From Sphingomonadaceae bacterium (GTDB lineage Bacteria; Chloroflexota; UBA6077): 46,275 nucleotides of DNA. The stretch covers positions 1 through 46,275 of the forward strand of contig JBLNDL010000040.1 in the NCBI GenBank assembly GCA_050261575.1, in the 5' to 3' direction. The notes below the pieces were generated by a model. It saw only the letters and a program-made list of their open reading frames with translations, did not search any database and was not told the origin of the DNA. The position numbers were made by a program, and so were the translations under genes. Of the stretch, positions 9,489 through 17,960 are shown one piece after another (the first letter of the stretch is position 1; every line of letters begins with the position of its first letter).

Positions 9489-10946
9489 GTGAGCGACGAA
9501 GAGTTCCGCATGGCCCTCACTTACGACGACGTACTGCTGGAGCCGAAGCACTCCGCCATAGTCTCACGACGGGACGTGGACACCTCCACCCGTCTGTCCC
9601 GCCACATCTCTATGGCCATCCCCATCGTCAGCGCGAACATGGACACTGTCACGGAGTCGGCCATGGCTATTGCGATGGCACGGATGGGAGGGATCGGAAT
9701 CATCCATCGCTTCCTGCCCATTCAACGGCAGGCGGATGAGGTCCGGCGGGTCAAACGGTTCGAGGGATGGGTCATCGAGGATCCCTACACCATCGGGCCA
9801 AACGACGAGGTGGCAGACGCCCGCGTTGCCATGACCAGGCACGGCGTCAGCGGCCTGCCAGTGGTGGACGAGCGCGGGCGGTTGGTGGGAATGCTCAGCA
9901 GGAGGGACATTCTCTTCGCCGCCGACTCCGAGCCGGTGAGGGCTCGGATGACCCCCCGAGACCGGCTGATCACGGCGCCGGCCGGCAGCGGGACCGCCGT
10001 TGCCAGGCAGTTGATCGAGCAGCACCGGGTGGAGAAGGTGCCACTGGTGGATGCCGGCGACATCCTCAGGGGGCTGGTGACCGCAAAGGATCTGGTCCGG
10101 AGTCTGCAATTCCCCTACTCTACCAAGGATTCGAAGGGGAGACTGAGGGTGGGAGCAGCCATCGGGGTAGTCGGCGATTACCTGGAACGCGCCCACGCCC
10201 TGGTCGAGGCGGACGCGGACCTCCTGGTGGTGGATGTGGCCCACGGCGACACGGATCTGGTTATCCGGGCCGTGGAGGCCGTGCGGCGCACGCTCGGGTC
10301 GGTCGAGTTGGTGGTGGGGAACGTGGCCACGGCAACGGGCACGGCCAACCTGATCTCGGCCGGCGTCGACGCCGTGAAGGTGGGCGTTGGCCCGGGCTCC
10401 ATCTGCATCACCCGAATGGTGGCGGGAGTCGGCGTGCCCCAGCTTACCGCCGTAATGGACTCCGCCCGTGAGGCGGCCAAGACCGGCGTCCCGATCATTG
10501 CGGACGGTGGCATCCGCAACTCTGGGGACATCACCAAGGCTCTGGCTGCGGGCGCCTCCTCGGTGATGATCGGCAACCTGCTGGCGGGCACCACCGAGAG
10601 CCCGGGGCTGACGATCCGTCGGGGTGGGAGGCCGTACAAGATCAGCCGGGGCATGGCATCCGCCGAAGCGGCGATAGCCCGGATGGAGCGAGAGCATCCG
10701 GAGCGGGGCTGGGCGGAGTGGGAGGATTCCCTGGAGCAGGTGGTCCCGGAGGGGGTGGAGGCTGCGGTACCCTACCGGGGGGACGCGAGCGAGGTGGTCT
10801 TCCAACTGGTGGGAGGTCTGCGCTCCGGGATGAGCTACTGCAACGCCCGAAACCTGGGGGAGCTTCAGCTCAACGCCAGCTTCGTCCGCATCACGGAAGC
10901 GGGACGTCGCGAGAGCGGCCCCCACGACGTCGAGTTGATGGGCTGA
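9489..10946 (+). CDS. IMPDH/GMP reductase family oxidoreductase with CBS pair (guaB-like, possibly GMP reductase)
   Basis: [20 protein letters not shown], tandem CBS domains, [14 protein letters not shown] and VPEGVE motifs. GGAGG RBS before GTG 9489; TATAAT at 9423-9428. Confidence 0.9.
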   Translation: MSDEEFRMALTYDDVLLEPKHSAIVSRRDVDTSTRLSRHISMAIPIVSANMDTVTESAMAIAMARMGGIGIIHRFLPIQRQADEVRRVKRFEGWVIEDPYTIGPNDEVADARVAMTRHGVSGLPVVDERGRLVGMLSRRDILFAADSEPVRARMTPRDRLITAPAGSGTAVARQLIEQHRVEKVPLVDAGDILRGLVTAKDLVRSLQFPYSTKDSKGRLRVGAAIGVVGDYLERAHALVEADADLLVVDVAHGDTDLVIRAVEAVRRTLGSVELVVGNVATATGTANLISAGVDAVKVGVGPGSICITRMVAGVGVPQLTAVMDSAREAAKTGVPIIADGGIRNSGDITKALAAGASSVMIGNLLAGTTESPGLTIRRGGRPYKISRGMASAEAAIARMEREHPERGWAEWEDSLEQVVPEGVEAAVPYRGDASEVVFQLVGGLRSGMSYCNARNLGELQLNASFVRITEAGRRESGPHDVELMG

Positions 10947-10953
10947 GAGGAGC

Positions 10954-10988
10954 CCTGAGTCCTGTGTGGTGTCCACACAGGACTCAGG
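10954..10988. repeat. 16-bp perfect hairpin in the intergenic region
   Basis: CCTGAGTCCTGTGTGG-TGT-CCACACAGGACTCAGG with no U-tract. Confidence 0.7.
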
Positions 10989-11012
10989 ACACAGGACTCG
11001 GGAGGGAGAGAG

Positions 11013-12497
11013 ATGCCTCCACAGAGATACGAGGGAACGGTTCGCGCCCCGGACTTTCCGGCGGGGCTGGACTGGCTGAACGTCGACCACCCGCTCAGCC
11101 TGCGAGAGCTGCAGGGCAAGCTGGTGCTGCTGGACTTCTGGACCTACTGTTGAATCAACTGCATGCACGTGCTTCCGCAGTTGCGGAAGCTGGAGGAGAC
11201 CTTCCCTTCGGAGCTGGTCGTGGTGGGGGTCCACTCCCCCAAGTTCACCGCCGAGCGCTCCACACCTAACCTCAGGCAGGCGGTGCTGCGGCTGGGGATC
11301 CACCACCCGGTGGTGAACGACGCCAGCATGAGAATCTGGTCCGAATACGGCGTCGGAGCCTGGCCCACCTTGGTGCTGGTCGATCCCGCAGGAAAGGTGA
11401 TCGGCGGACACGAGGGGGAGTTCCGTTTCCAGGAGTTCCAGCCGCTCATCACCGACATCCTGGCGGAGTTCGACGCTAAAGGGATGCTGGACCGACGGGC
11501 CATCGCCTTCCAGCCCGAACTGCCCCCGGAGTCCACCCTCCTCTTCCCCGGGAAGCTGCTTGCCGACCACACCTCCAGCCGTCTGTTCATCGCCGACTCT
11601 GGCCACCACAGGGTGGTCGAGGCGGGGATGGACGGACGCGTGCATCGGGTGTTCGGAGGGGAACGTGGGTTCATGGACGGCACGCCAGAGGTCGCCGCCT
11701 TCGACACACCGCAGGGAATGGCGCTGGCGGGCGAGCAGCTATACGTGGCGGACACGTGGAATCACGCTATCCGGCGCATCGACCTGGCGACCGGAGAGGC
11801 AATCACAGTCGCTGGGACCGGAGAGCAGGCCAGAAGGGTGAAGGAGGGACCGGCCCTCTCCTCTCCCCTCAACTCCCCCTGGGACCTGGTCCTGCACCAG
11901 GGCATCCTCTACATCGCCATGGCCGGATCCCACCACCTCTGGGCCTACGACCCCGGCAGCCAGGAGGTCACCCGCTATGCAGGAACCGGACGGGAGGCGC
12001 TGGCGGACGGTCCCCTTCAACGAGCCGCGTTCGCCCAGCCCAGCGGCCTCAGCAGCGACGGACAAGTTTTGTACGTCGCCGACAGCGAGACCAGCGCCAT
12101 TCGAGCGGTGGATCTCCCAGGAAGGGCGGGAATGGTGCGCACCCTGGCAGGGCTGGGGCTGTTCGAGTTCGGGGACGTGGATGGCGTCGGCGAGCAAGTT
12201 CGACTCCAACACCCCCTGGGGGTCGCCTTCGATCCCTCGGAGGGAGTCCTCTGCGTGGCCGACAGCTACAACAACAAGATCAAGCGGCTGGACCCCGGCA
12301 GCCTAGAGACACGCTCGGTGGCAGGCAGCGGGCCCGGCGGTCTGCGCGACGGGGTGGGTGAAACCGCGACCTTCTGGGAGCCGGGTGGGCTTGCCTGGGC
12401 GCAGGGAAAGCTGTACGTGGCCGACACCAACAACCACGCCGTTCGGGTAGTCGATCTGGCCAGCCTGCGCGTCTCCACTCTCGAGATCAGAGAGTAG
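11013..12497 (+). CDS. Thioredoxin-like + NHL-repeat protein (NHLRC2/SOQ1-like), probable selenoprotein (Sec at codon 47)
   Basis: ATG 11013 follows a GGAGGGAG RBS and is in frame with the 11163 ORF. It reads RAPDFP..LDWLN...[14 protein letters not shown](TGA)INCMH, then GVHSPKF, WPTLVL and NHL repeats ([44 protein letters not shown]). Confidence 0.88.
11151..11190 (+). promoter_or_regulatory. In-frame UGA and bacterial SECIS-like hairpin
   Basis: TGA at 11151-11153. Hairpin GCTTCCGC-AGTT-GCGGAAGC at 11171-11190; the loop starts 25 nt after the UGA and has G in its second position. Confidence 0.75.
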
Positions 12498-12621
12498 TAC
12501 CATAGTACTATAGCCCTCACTATATTCCGCTGATATACTGCCTGCGATCGTTAGCGCAGTTTAACTCTCTTTGGTTCTGTGTGACACGCCCTCGCCTCAT
12601 ACCGCTCGCATCGAGTGGCCG

Positions 12622-12694
12622 CTAAGCAGGTATCTCTGGATGGAGCACACGTCTCCCGCCAGAGAAGCTGACACGAACAGAGATACCTGCTTAG
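12622..12694 (+). mobile_element. 73-bp MITE/REP-like element with 17-bp perfect terminal inverted repeats (copy A)
   Basis: CTAAGCAGGTATCTCTG...CAGAGATACCTGCTTAG. Confidence 0.75.
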
Positions 12695-12826
12695 TCTTCG
12701 CAAGGGCTCGCCCGTCGAGGACTCGTCGCTGTTCTGCACGAGTATCTACTCTTGCGCGGGGGGCCTGTGGCCGTATCGTGAGTCCGAGTTGAACCGCACG
12801 CCTAGGACGACAGGAGGAACGAGCTG

Positions 12827-14155
12827 ATGAAACGTTGCCGGTTACCGTTGACCCTTGCCCTCGGGGCCGTGTTGGCCCTGGCAGTGGCGGGCTGCGGCAC
12901 CGCACAACGGGGGTTGGAAGCGAACCCCCTGGCCACGACGTGGAGTATCGTCTCCCGGTTGGCTAGCGGAACCACCGACGAGAAAAGCAGCAACGGTAAG
13001 GCAGACACCCCCGCTGGCTGGCAGGCGGGAGACAGGTCTGGCAGCGCTGACAAGCCCAACTTCCTCAGCACTCGCGGTAGCAAGATCGTCGATGCCAATG
13101 GCAAGGAAGTGAAGATCACCGGCGTCAACTGGTTCGGATTGGAGACCGGCACGTTCGCCCCCCACGGGCTGTGGTCCAGAAACTGGGAGGAGATGCTGGA
13201 CCAGATCGCCGAGCTCGGCTTCAACACCATCCGTCTCCCCTACTCCAACCAGGCACTCGACCCCAGTAGCAAGGTTGGCGAAGGGGTGGACTTCAAGATC
13301 AATCCGGACCTGCAGGGCCTCACCGGCCTCGAGGTGATGGACAAGATCGTGGAGGGCGCGGGCAAGCGCGGCATCAAGGTCATCCTGGACCGGCACCGGC
13401 CGGACGTCAACTCCCAGTCGAAGCTGTGGTACACCGACCACCTGTCCGAGGATCGGTGGATCGCCGACTGGGTGATGCTGGCCAAGCGCTACAAGGGCAA
13501 CGACACCGTGATCGGCGCCGACCTCCACAACGAACCCGCCGGTGATGCCACCTGGGGCTCCGGCGATCCCAGGACGGACTGGCGGATGGCTGCGGAGAAG
13601 GCTGGAAACGCTATCCACGAGGTGAACCCCGACTGGCTGATCATCGTCGAGGGCATCGAGAAGGTGGGCGACAAGGACTGGTACTGGATGGGCGGCAACC
13701 TGAGCAAGGCGGGCGAGTCCCCCGTGAGGCTGAAGGTACCAAACAAACTCGTCTACAGCGCCCACGACTACGGCCCGGGGGTCTACTGGCAGGGGTGGTT
13801 CAAGGATGAGAGCTTCCCCGCCAACATGCCCACCGTCTGGGAGAGCCACTGGGGCTACCTTGCCAAGCAGGGCATCGCGCCCGTGCTGCTCGGCGAGTTC
13901 GGCGGCCGCTCCGTCGGCTCCGACACGGAGGGCGTCTGGCAGCGAAGCCTGATGGACTACCTGAAGGCGAACGGCATCAGCTACACCTACTGGTCGCTGA
14001 ACCCCAACTCCGGCGACACGGGCGGCATCCTTGCCGACGACTGGAAATCGGTCAACGACAGCAAGATGTCGGTGCTGTCCAACTACCAGGACAAGATGAT
14101 GCGAGTGGCGAGGCCCACTCAGATGGATCTCACCGCGGCTCCCAAGGCGAAGTAG
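12827..14155 (+). CDS. GH5 endoglucanase-like lipoprotein
   Basis: Lipobox LAVAGC. GH5 motifs GVNWFGLET, PHGLW, LDRHRP, DLHNEP (acid/base), SAHDYG, LGEFGG (nucleophile) and WSLNPNSGDTGG. Confidence 0.93.
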   Translation: MKRCRLPLTLALGAVLALAVAGCGTAQRGLEANPLATTWSIVSRLASGTTDEKSSNGKADTPAGWQAGDRSGSADKPNFLSTRGSKIVDANGKEVKITGVNWFGLETGTFAPHGLWSRNWEEMLDQIAELGFNTIRLPYSNQALDPSSKVGEGVDFKINPDLQGLTGLEVMDKIVEGAGKRGIKVILDRHRPDVNSQSKLWYTDHLSEDRWIADWVMLAKRYKGNDTVIGADLHNEPAGDATWGSGDPRTDWRMAAEKAGNAIHEVNPDWLIIVEGIEKVGDKDWYWMGGNLSKAGESPVRLKVPNKLVYSAHDYGPGVYWQGWFKDESFPANMPTVWESHWGYLAKQGIAPVLLGEFGGRSVGSDTEGVWQRSLMDYLKANGISYTYWSLNPNSGDTGGILADDWKSVNDSKMSVLSNYQDKMMRVARPTQMDLTAAPKAK

Positions 14156-14166
14156 GCAGACGTTGC

Positions 14167-14199
14167 TGGGGCGGGCCTGAGACCCGCCCCACGCCTTTT
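14167..14199 (+). terminator. Probable terminator between convergent genes
   Basis: TGGGGCGGG...CCCGCCCCA stem followed by a T-run. Confidence 0.6.
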
Positions 14200-14208
14200 C
14201 CTGGCACC

Positions 14209-14694
14209 CTACCGCGCGACGACCCTGAACGTCGCCGCTTGCAGATCCTCCCCGTAGCTCTTCCCGCTCTCCTGTCCCGTCACCCGCACCCGCAGCGTGT
14301 ACTCCCCCTCGGGGAGATCTCCGGGCACCCTCCACTCCCAGTAGACGGCCCTCGCCTCCTCGACCGGCGCCCTAAAGCCGGACTGGCTCATCACCAGCAC
14401 GGGGCTCCCCTGGGATTGCCCCACCACCTCCACGCGAGCCGCCAGCGCCTCCTGCACCTCCGTAGAGGCACGGAAGGTCGTCACCAGCGTGACCCTGTCC
14501 AGATGCTCCACCGGACTCGGGGTCACAGTGGCTGTTATGTCCAACTGTGGGACCGTGGAAACCGCGGGCGCCCCACCGGTCCAATCCGTGCGCGCCAGGG
14601 GCGCCCTCATCACCGCCACGAGCATCCCCATCATCAGCAGTGCGAACCCCAAGGTTAAACCCACCGACCTGTTGCCAGCGATGGCCGTTGTCAT
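14209..14694 (-). CDS. Membrane-anchored protein with one beta-sandwich (Ig-like) domain
   Basis: N-terminal hydrophobic helix; beta-rich C-terminus with WRVPGDLPEGEYTLRVRV. GGGAGAG RBS. Confidence 0.75.
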   Translation of the reverse strand: MTTAIAGNRSVGLTLGFALLMMGMLVAVMRAPLARTDWTGGAPAVSTVPQLDITATVTPSPVEHLDRVTLVTTFRASTEVQEALAARVEVVGQSQGSPVLVMSQSGFRAPVEEARAVYWEWRVPGDLPEGEYTLRVRVTGQESGKSYGEDLQAATFRVVAR

Positions 14695-14738
14695 CTTCTC
14701 TCCCAAAGTCTAGTGTTCTGTCGGCTCGAACACGAAAT

Positions 14739-14832
14739 GTAGGGCAGGCCCTCTTGCCCTGCCGCCCGGTTCTTCGGCTACGTGTATGACGGTCCTGGAG
14801 GCGCCCCGGGGGGGGACGAGGCCCTGCCCTAC
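14739..14832. repeat. GTAG-family REP doublet (REPIN-like)
   Basis: GTAGGGCAGGCC... and ...GGCCCTGCCCTAC in inverted orientation. Related units at 147-158, 34294-34531, 41999 and ~42650. Confidence 0.65.
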
Positions 14833-14841
14833 TCCATCCTG

Positions 14842-15501
14842 CTACTGCGACAGTGGTATCTGCCAGCTAACCTCCGGCAGTTGCGGCGGGTGTCCCGCCT
14901 TCACAGTCAGGTAGCGGGAGTCCTGGTCGAGCGGCCCCGCGAAGTAGGCCCTGGCCAGACGAGTCCCCTGCTGCGGGTCCAGCTTCACGATGCCATCGAA
15001 CTCGACCCATCGCAACTCGAACCGCCTGCCCTGGCCGTCGACGACCGAGAGGTCCGTGGCGGGCGAGAAGGAGAACACGACTCCGCGGCTCGAGCGGTTG
15101 CTGAGCAGCAAGACCACCTCGACTCCACCCTGTTCCCGATTGACGTCGACGTTATCCAGAGACAGCGACAGCCCGGCACCGACCGACTGCTCCTGTGGAA
15201 AGGATCCTCGCGAGGCCGGAGGCGGAGTGGATGTCGGGCCGGGCATCTCCTCCGCCGGCGCGGCGGACGGCTCCGCCCGGCCATCCGCCCCCTCACCTCC
15301 GGCATGATCGACAGATGTAGCAAAGGCTGTGCCAGGAGTGGGGGTCGACGCCAGGGTTGGCAGGGCAGACACCGCACGGGTGGGTTCCGCCTCGGGGCCC
15401 CCGAGCAGGGCCGTCCCGTACCCGATGATGAACCCTCCCAGGATCAGCCCGACAGAGGCGAACAGCGCGAACCACGCCGCGCGCAGATGCCGCTCCTTCA
15501 T
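14842..15501 (-). CDS. Membrane-anchored hypothetical protein with Pro/Thr linker and C-terminal beta domain
   Basis: MKERHLRAAWFALFASVGLILGGFIIG TM segment, P/T/A-rich linker, beta-strand-rich tail. Confidence 0.75.
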   Translation of the reverse strand: MKERHLRAAWFALFASVGLILGGFIIGYGTALLGGPEAEPTRAVSALPTLASTPTPGTAFATSVDHAGGEGADGRAEPSAAPAEEMPGPTSTPPPASRGSFPQEQSVGAGLSLSLDNVDVNREQGGVEVVLLLSNRSSRGVVFSFSPATDLSVVDGQGRRFELRWVEFDGIVKLDPQQGTRLARAYFAGPLDQDSRYLTVKAGHPPQLPEVSWQIPLSQ

Positions 15502-15529
15502 CCCTTCATCCCCTCGCCATTCGTCCCGC

Positions 15530-17206
15530 TCACCGCCTTGCGGGCCGCGCCGTCGGCGTCGCCGCGCCGGGGGTCTCCTCTGGCCGGAACTCCAGCGAAC
15601 CGGGGCTCTCCGGCTCCCCGCCACTCTCTGCAGGAGGGCCGGCGTAGTAGTTGGTTCTGGCCTCTCCGCCGCTATCCCGACCCTTCAACTGGATCGAGGT
15701 CCCCCTCTCGCCCTCGCGGGGGACCTCCATCGAGGGGAACTCCGCGTTCCCCTGCCTGTCCGCCTGCGCGGTGGCGCTAACCTTGTCCCCCGATTGGCCG
15801 AACGCCAGATCCACCTGCTCGCCCACTGCGAAGCCGTGTCCCACCACCACCGTTCCGCCCGAGAGGTCCGGCCTCACCTCGACCCACGGGCTGAGCGGCA
15901 GCACCTTGAAGACCACGCTTGCCTGGGTCCCACTCACCTGGCCCGTCACGCTCAGGGTGAACTCGCCAGGCTCGGCGTCGTGGGGGATCCGTATGGCTCC
16001 GGCATCCGAGAAGTTGCCCTTCTCGTCCGCCCGGAAGGTGGACACCGGCGCCCCCTGGCCGGGCTCGCCGACGTAGGCGTTCACCTCCTCGCCGGCGGCG
16101 AAGCCGTTCCCCACGAATGCCACCTCCGAGCCCGGGGGGCCCGCCCACAGCGTCAACTGCAGCACGCTGGGATAGGGCTGGATGGTGAACTCGACCTCGG
16201 AGGTAGTCTGGCTCTGGTTGCCCACGAACAGCAGCGTCTGCTCCCCCTTCAGTCCGGGGGCCAGCCTCACCGCCCCCGGCGCCTTGAAGGTGCCGTCGTC
16301 GCCTACCTGCACTGCCGCCACCGGACCCGACTCGAGACTGTTGAAGAAGACGTGCACCGTCTCACCGGGAGCGAAGTCGCTGCCGGCGAATCCCACCTGT
16401 TGCTCGGGGCCGGGCGAGTAGTTGTCCAGCACCACCCAGGGATAGAAACCGAGGATGGTCAACCCCACCTCAGCCGGCATCCTGCTCTGGTCACCGTAGA
16501 AGAGGACGGAATGGCTCCCCTCCTGGGCAAAGGGAACGCGCAGCACGCCGGAGATATCCCCCTGGTCGGAGGCCACCGCGACGCTCAAGGGCTGCGTGCC
16601 CAGGTTGTCCAGGTAGACGGCGACGTTCTCCCCCGGCTTGAAGCCTCCAGCCTCGAAGCCGACGGCAGAGTACGGCTTCGTGGTGTCCGAGGTGAGCCTA
16701 CCCCACGTCTGGTCCGACTCCACCCGCACCGACGCCTCCACCGGACCGCCGCCCATGGTGGGGACGGCGACCACGGCGTAGACGCCGGAGGCAAGGTTCT
16801 CGGGCAATGGGAAGGAAGTATCGGCCATCACCCCGTTCTTGTCGGTCACCGCCGTACCCAGTACCAGGGTCGAGTCGTCGTCACCGCCCTCCCCCCGCAG
16901 GGCCAGCTCCAGCTCCTGGTAGGGCTCGAACAACTGTCCGCCGACCACCAGCGGCCCGCCGCGCCTCACCTGTCCGGTTCTCAGCACCAGGAAGGGGCGT
17001 AGCTCCTCCTGCAACTGCTGGGAGCCGATGGTCACGGTCTGCGGGGTTGCCCTGGCCTGGCCGCCCCTGGATGCCGTTCCCGCAGGTGCCGGCCCCGACG
17101 ACTGCCCTCCCAGCGGGCCCAACGACTCGGGCAGTAGCCTCCAGCCCAACAGCAACGCAAAGGCCAGGGCTATCAGCAGCTTTCGGTTCCTCATCATCGC
17201 CATCAT
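15530..17206 (-). CDS. Membrane-anchored protein with ~5 tandem Ig-like repeats
   Basis: Signal/TM segment, then ~90-aa repeats with G.xF.PGE.V.V and AD..G motifs. ATGA overlap with the upstream GT gene. Confidence 0.82.
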   Translation of the reverse strand: MMAMMRNRKLLIALAFALLLGWRLLPESLGPLGGQSSGPAPAGTASRGGQARATPQTVTIGSQQLQEELRPFLVLRTGQVRRGGPLVVGGQLFEPYQELELALRGEGGDDDSTLVLGTAVTDKNGVMADTSFPLPENLASGVYAVVAVPTMGGGPVEASVRVESDQTWGRLTSDTTKPYSAVGFEAGGFKPGENVAVYLDNLGTQPLSVAVASDQGDISGVLRVPFAQEGSHSVLFYGDQSRMPAEVGLTILGFYPWVVLDNYSPGPEQQVGFAGSDFAPGETVHVFFNSLESGPVAAVQVGDDGTFKAPGAVRLAPGLKGEQTLLFVGNQSQTTSEVEFTIQPYPSVLQLTLWAGPPGSEVAFVGNGFAAGEEVNAYVGEPGQGAPVSTFRADEKGNFSDAGAIRIPHDAEPGEFTLSVTGQVSGTQASVVFKVLPLSPWVEVRPDLSGGTVVVGHGFAVGEQVDLAFGQSGDKVSATAQADRQGNAEFPSMEVPREGERGTSIQLKGRDSGGEARTNYYAGPPAESGGEPESPGSLEFRPEETPGAATPTARPARR

Positions 17207-17946
17207 CTGCCCATCAGTACCTGCCGCAGAGGACGGGGCAGCCCAACACCCTCCAGTCGAAGCCGCCACACCGTCAACACGGCCTCCACGAGTATCGCCG
17301 CCGACATCTTCGAGGCCCCCCGGCGCCGTTCGCGGAACTGGATGGGAACCTCCACCACCCGTTTTCCCTTACGGGCGCATCGGAAGGCCATCTCTATTTG
17401 GAAGGAGTAACCGCGCGACCGTACCTCATCCAGACCGAGATCCAGTAGGGCGGAGCGTCGCCAACCCCGGAAGCCCCCCGTGAGATCGCGGATCGGCAGC
17501 CCCAGCACGAGTCCCGCGTATAGGGACCCGCCACGGCTCAGGGCCAGCCGCCAGCCGGGCCAGTCTCTGGTCCCACCTCCAGGGGCATAGCGGGATCCAA
17601 TCACCAGGTCCGCCCCCCGCCGCAGCTCCGCCAGGAGACGGGGCAGATCCGCCGGGTCGTGGGAGAAGTCCGCGTCCATCTGGAACAGGTTGCTGTGCCG
17701 CAGGCGGAGCGCCACGCGGAACCCCTCCAGGTAGGCGGTACCCAGCCCCAGCTTGCCGGGGCGGTGGAGGACCAGGAGTCTGCCCGGATAGCGGTATCGC
17801 AGCCCCTCCGCCAGATCGCCGGTGCCATCGGGAGAGTTGTCGTCCACCACCAACAGGTGAAAGCCCTCCAGGTCCATGATCCTCTCCGCGAGGAGAGGAA
17901 GGTTCTCCGCCTCGTTGTAGGTCGGCATCACCACTATCGACGACAC
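17203..17946 (-). CDS. Polyprenol monophosphomannose synthase-like GT2 (Ppm1/DPM1 family)
   Basis: VMPTYNEAENL, VVDDNSPDGT, GLGTAY, QMDADFSHDP, DLTGGFR and YSFQIEM motifs. Confidence 0.93.
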   Translation of the reverse strand: MSSIVVMPTYNEAENLPLLAERIMDLEGFHLLVVDDNSPDGTGDLAEGLRYRYPGRLLVLHRPGKLGLGTAYLEGFRVALRLRHSNLFQMDADFSHDPADLPRLLAELRRGADLVIGSRYAPGGGTRDWPGWRLALSRGGSLYAGLVLGLPIRDLTGGFRGWRRSALLDLGLDEVRSRGYSFQIEMAFRCARKGKRVVEVPIQFRERRRGASKMSAAILVEAVLTVWRLRLEGVGLPRPLRQVLMGR

Positions 17947-17960
17947 TGTGGATCACCTCC

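Noticed and set aside
9564..11645. 693-aa minus-strand ORF and many similar long antisense ORFs
   Set aside because: These are shadow frames of real genes in high-GC DNA and have no recognisable motifs.
11163..12497. ORF-track start at 11163 for the NHL protein, or a pseudogene call
   Set aside because: This start would cut the thioredoxin fold in the middle of its active site. The upstream frame is intact with an RBS, and the TGA sits on the catalytic Cys with a SECIS-like hairpin behind it.
12740..12755. Sigma54 promoter for the GH5 lipoprotein gene
   Set aside because: TTGC is present, but the -24 GG at the correct spacing is missing.
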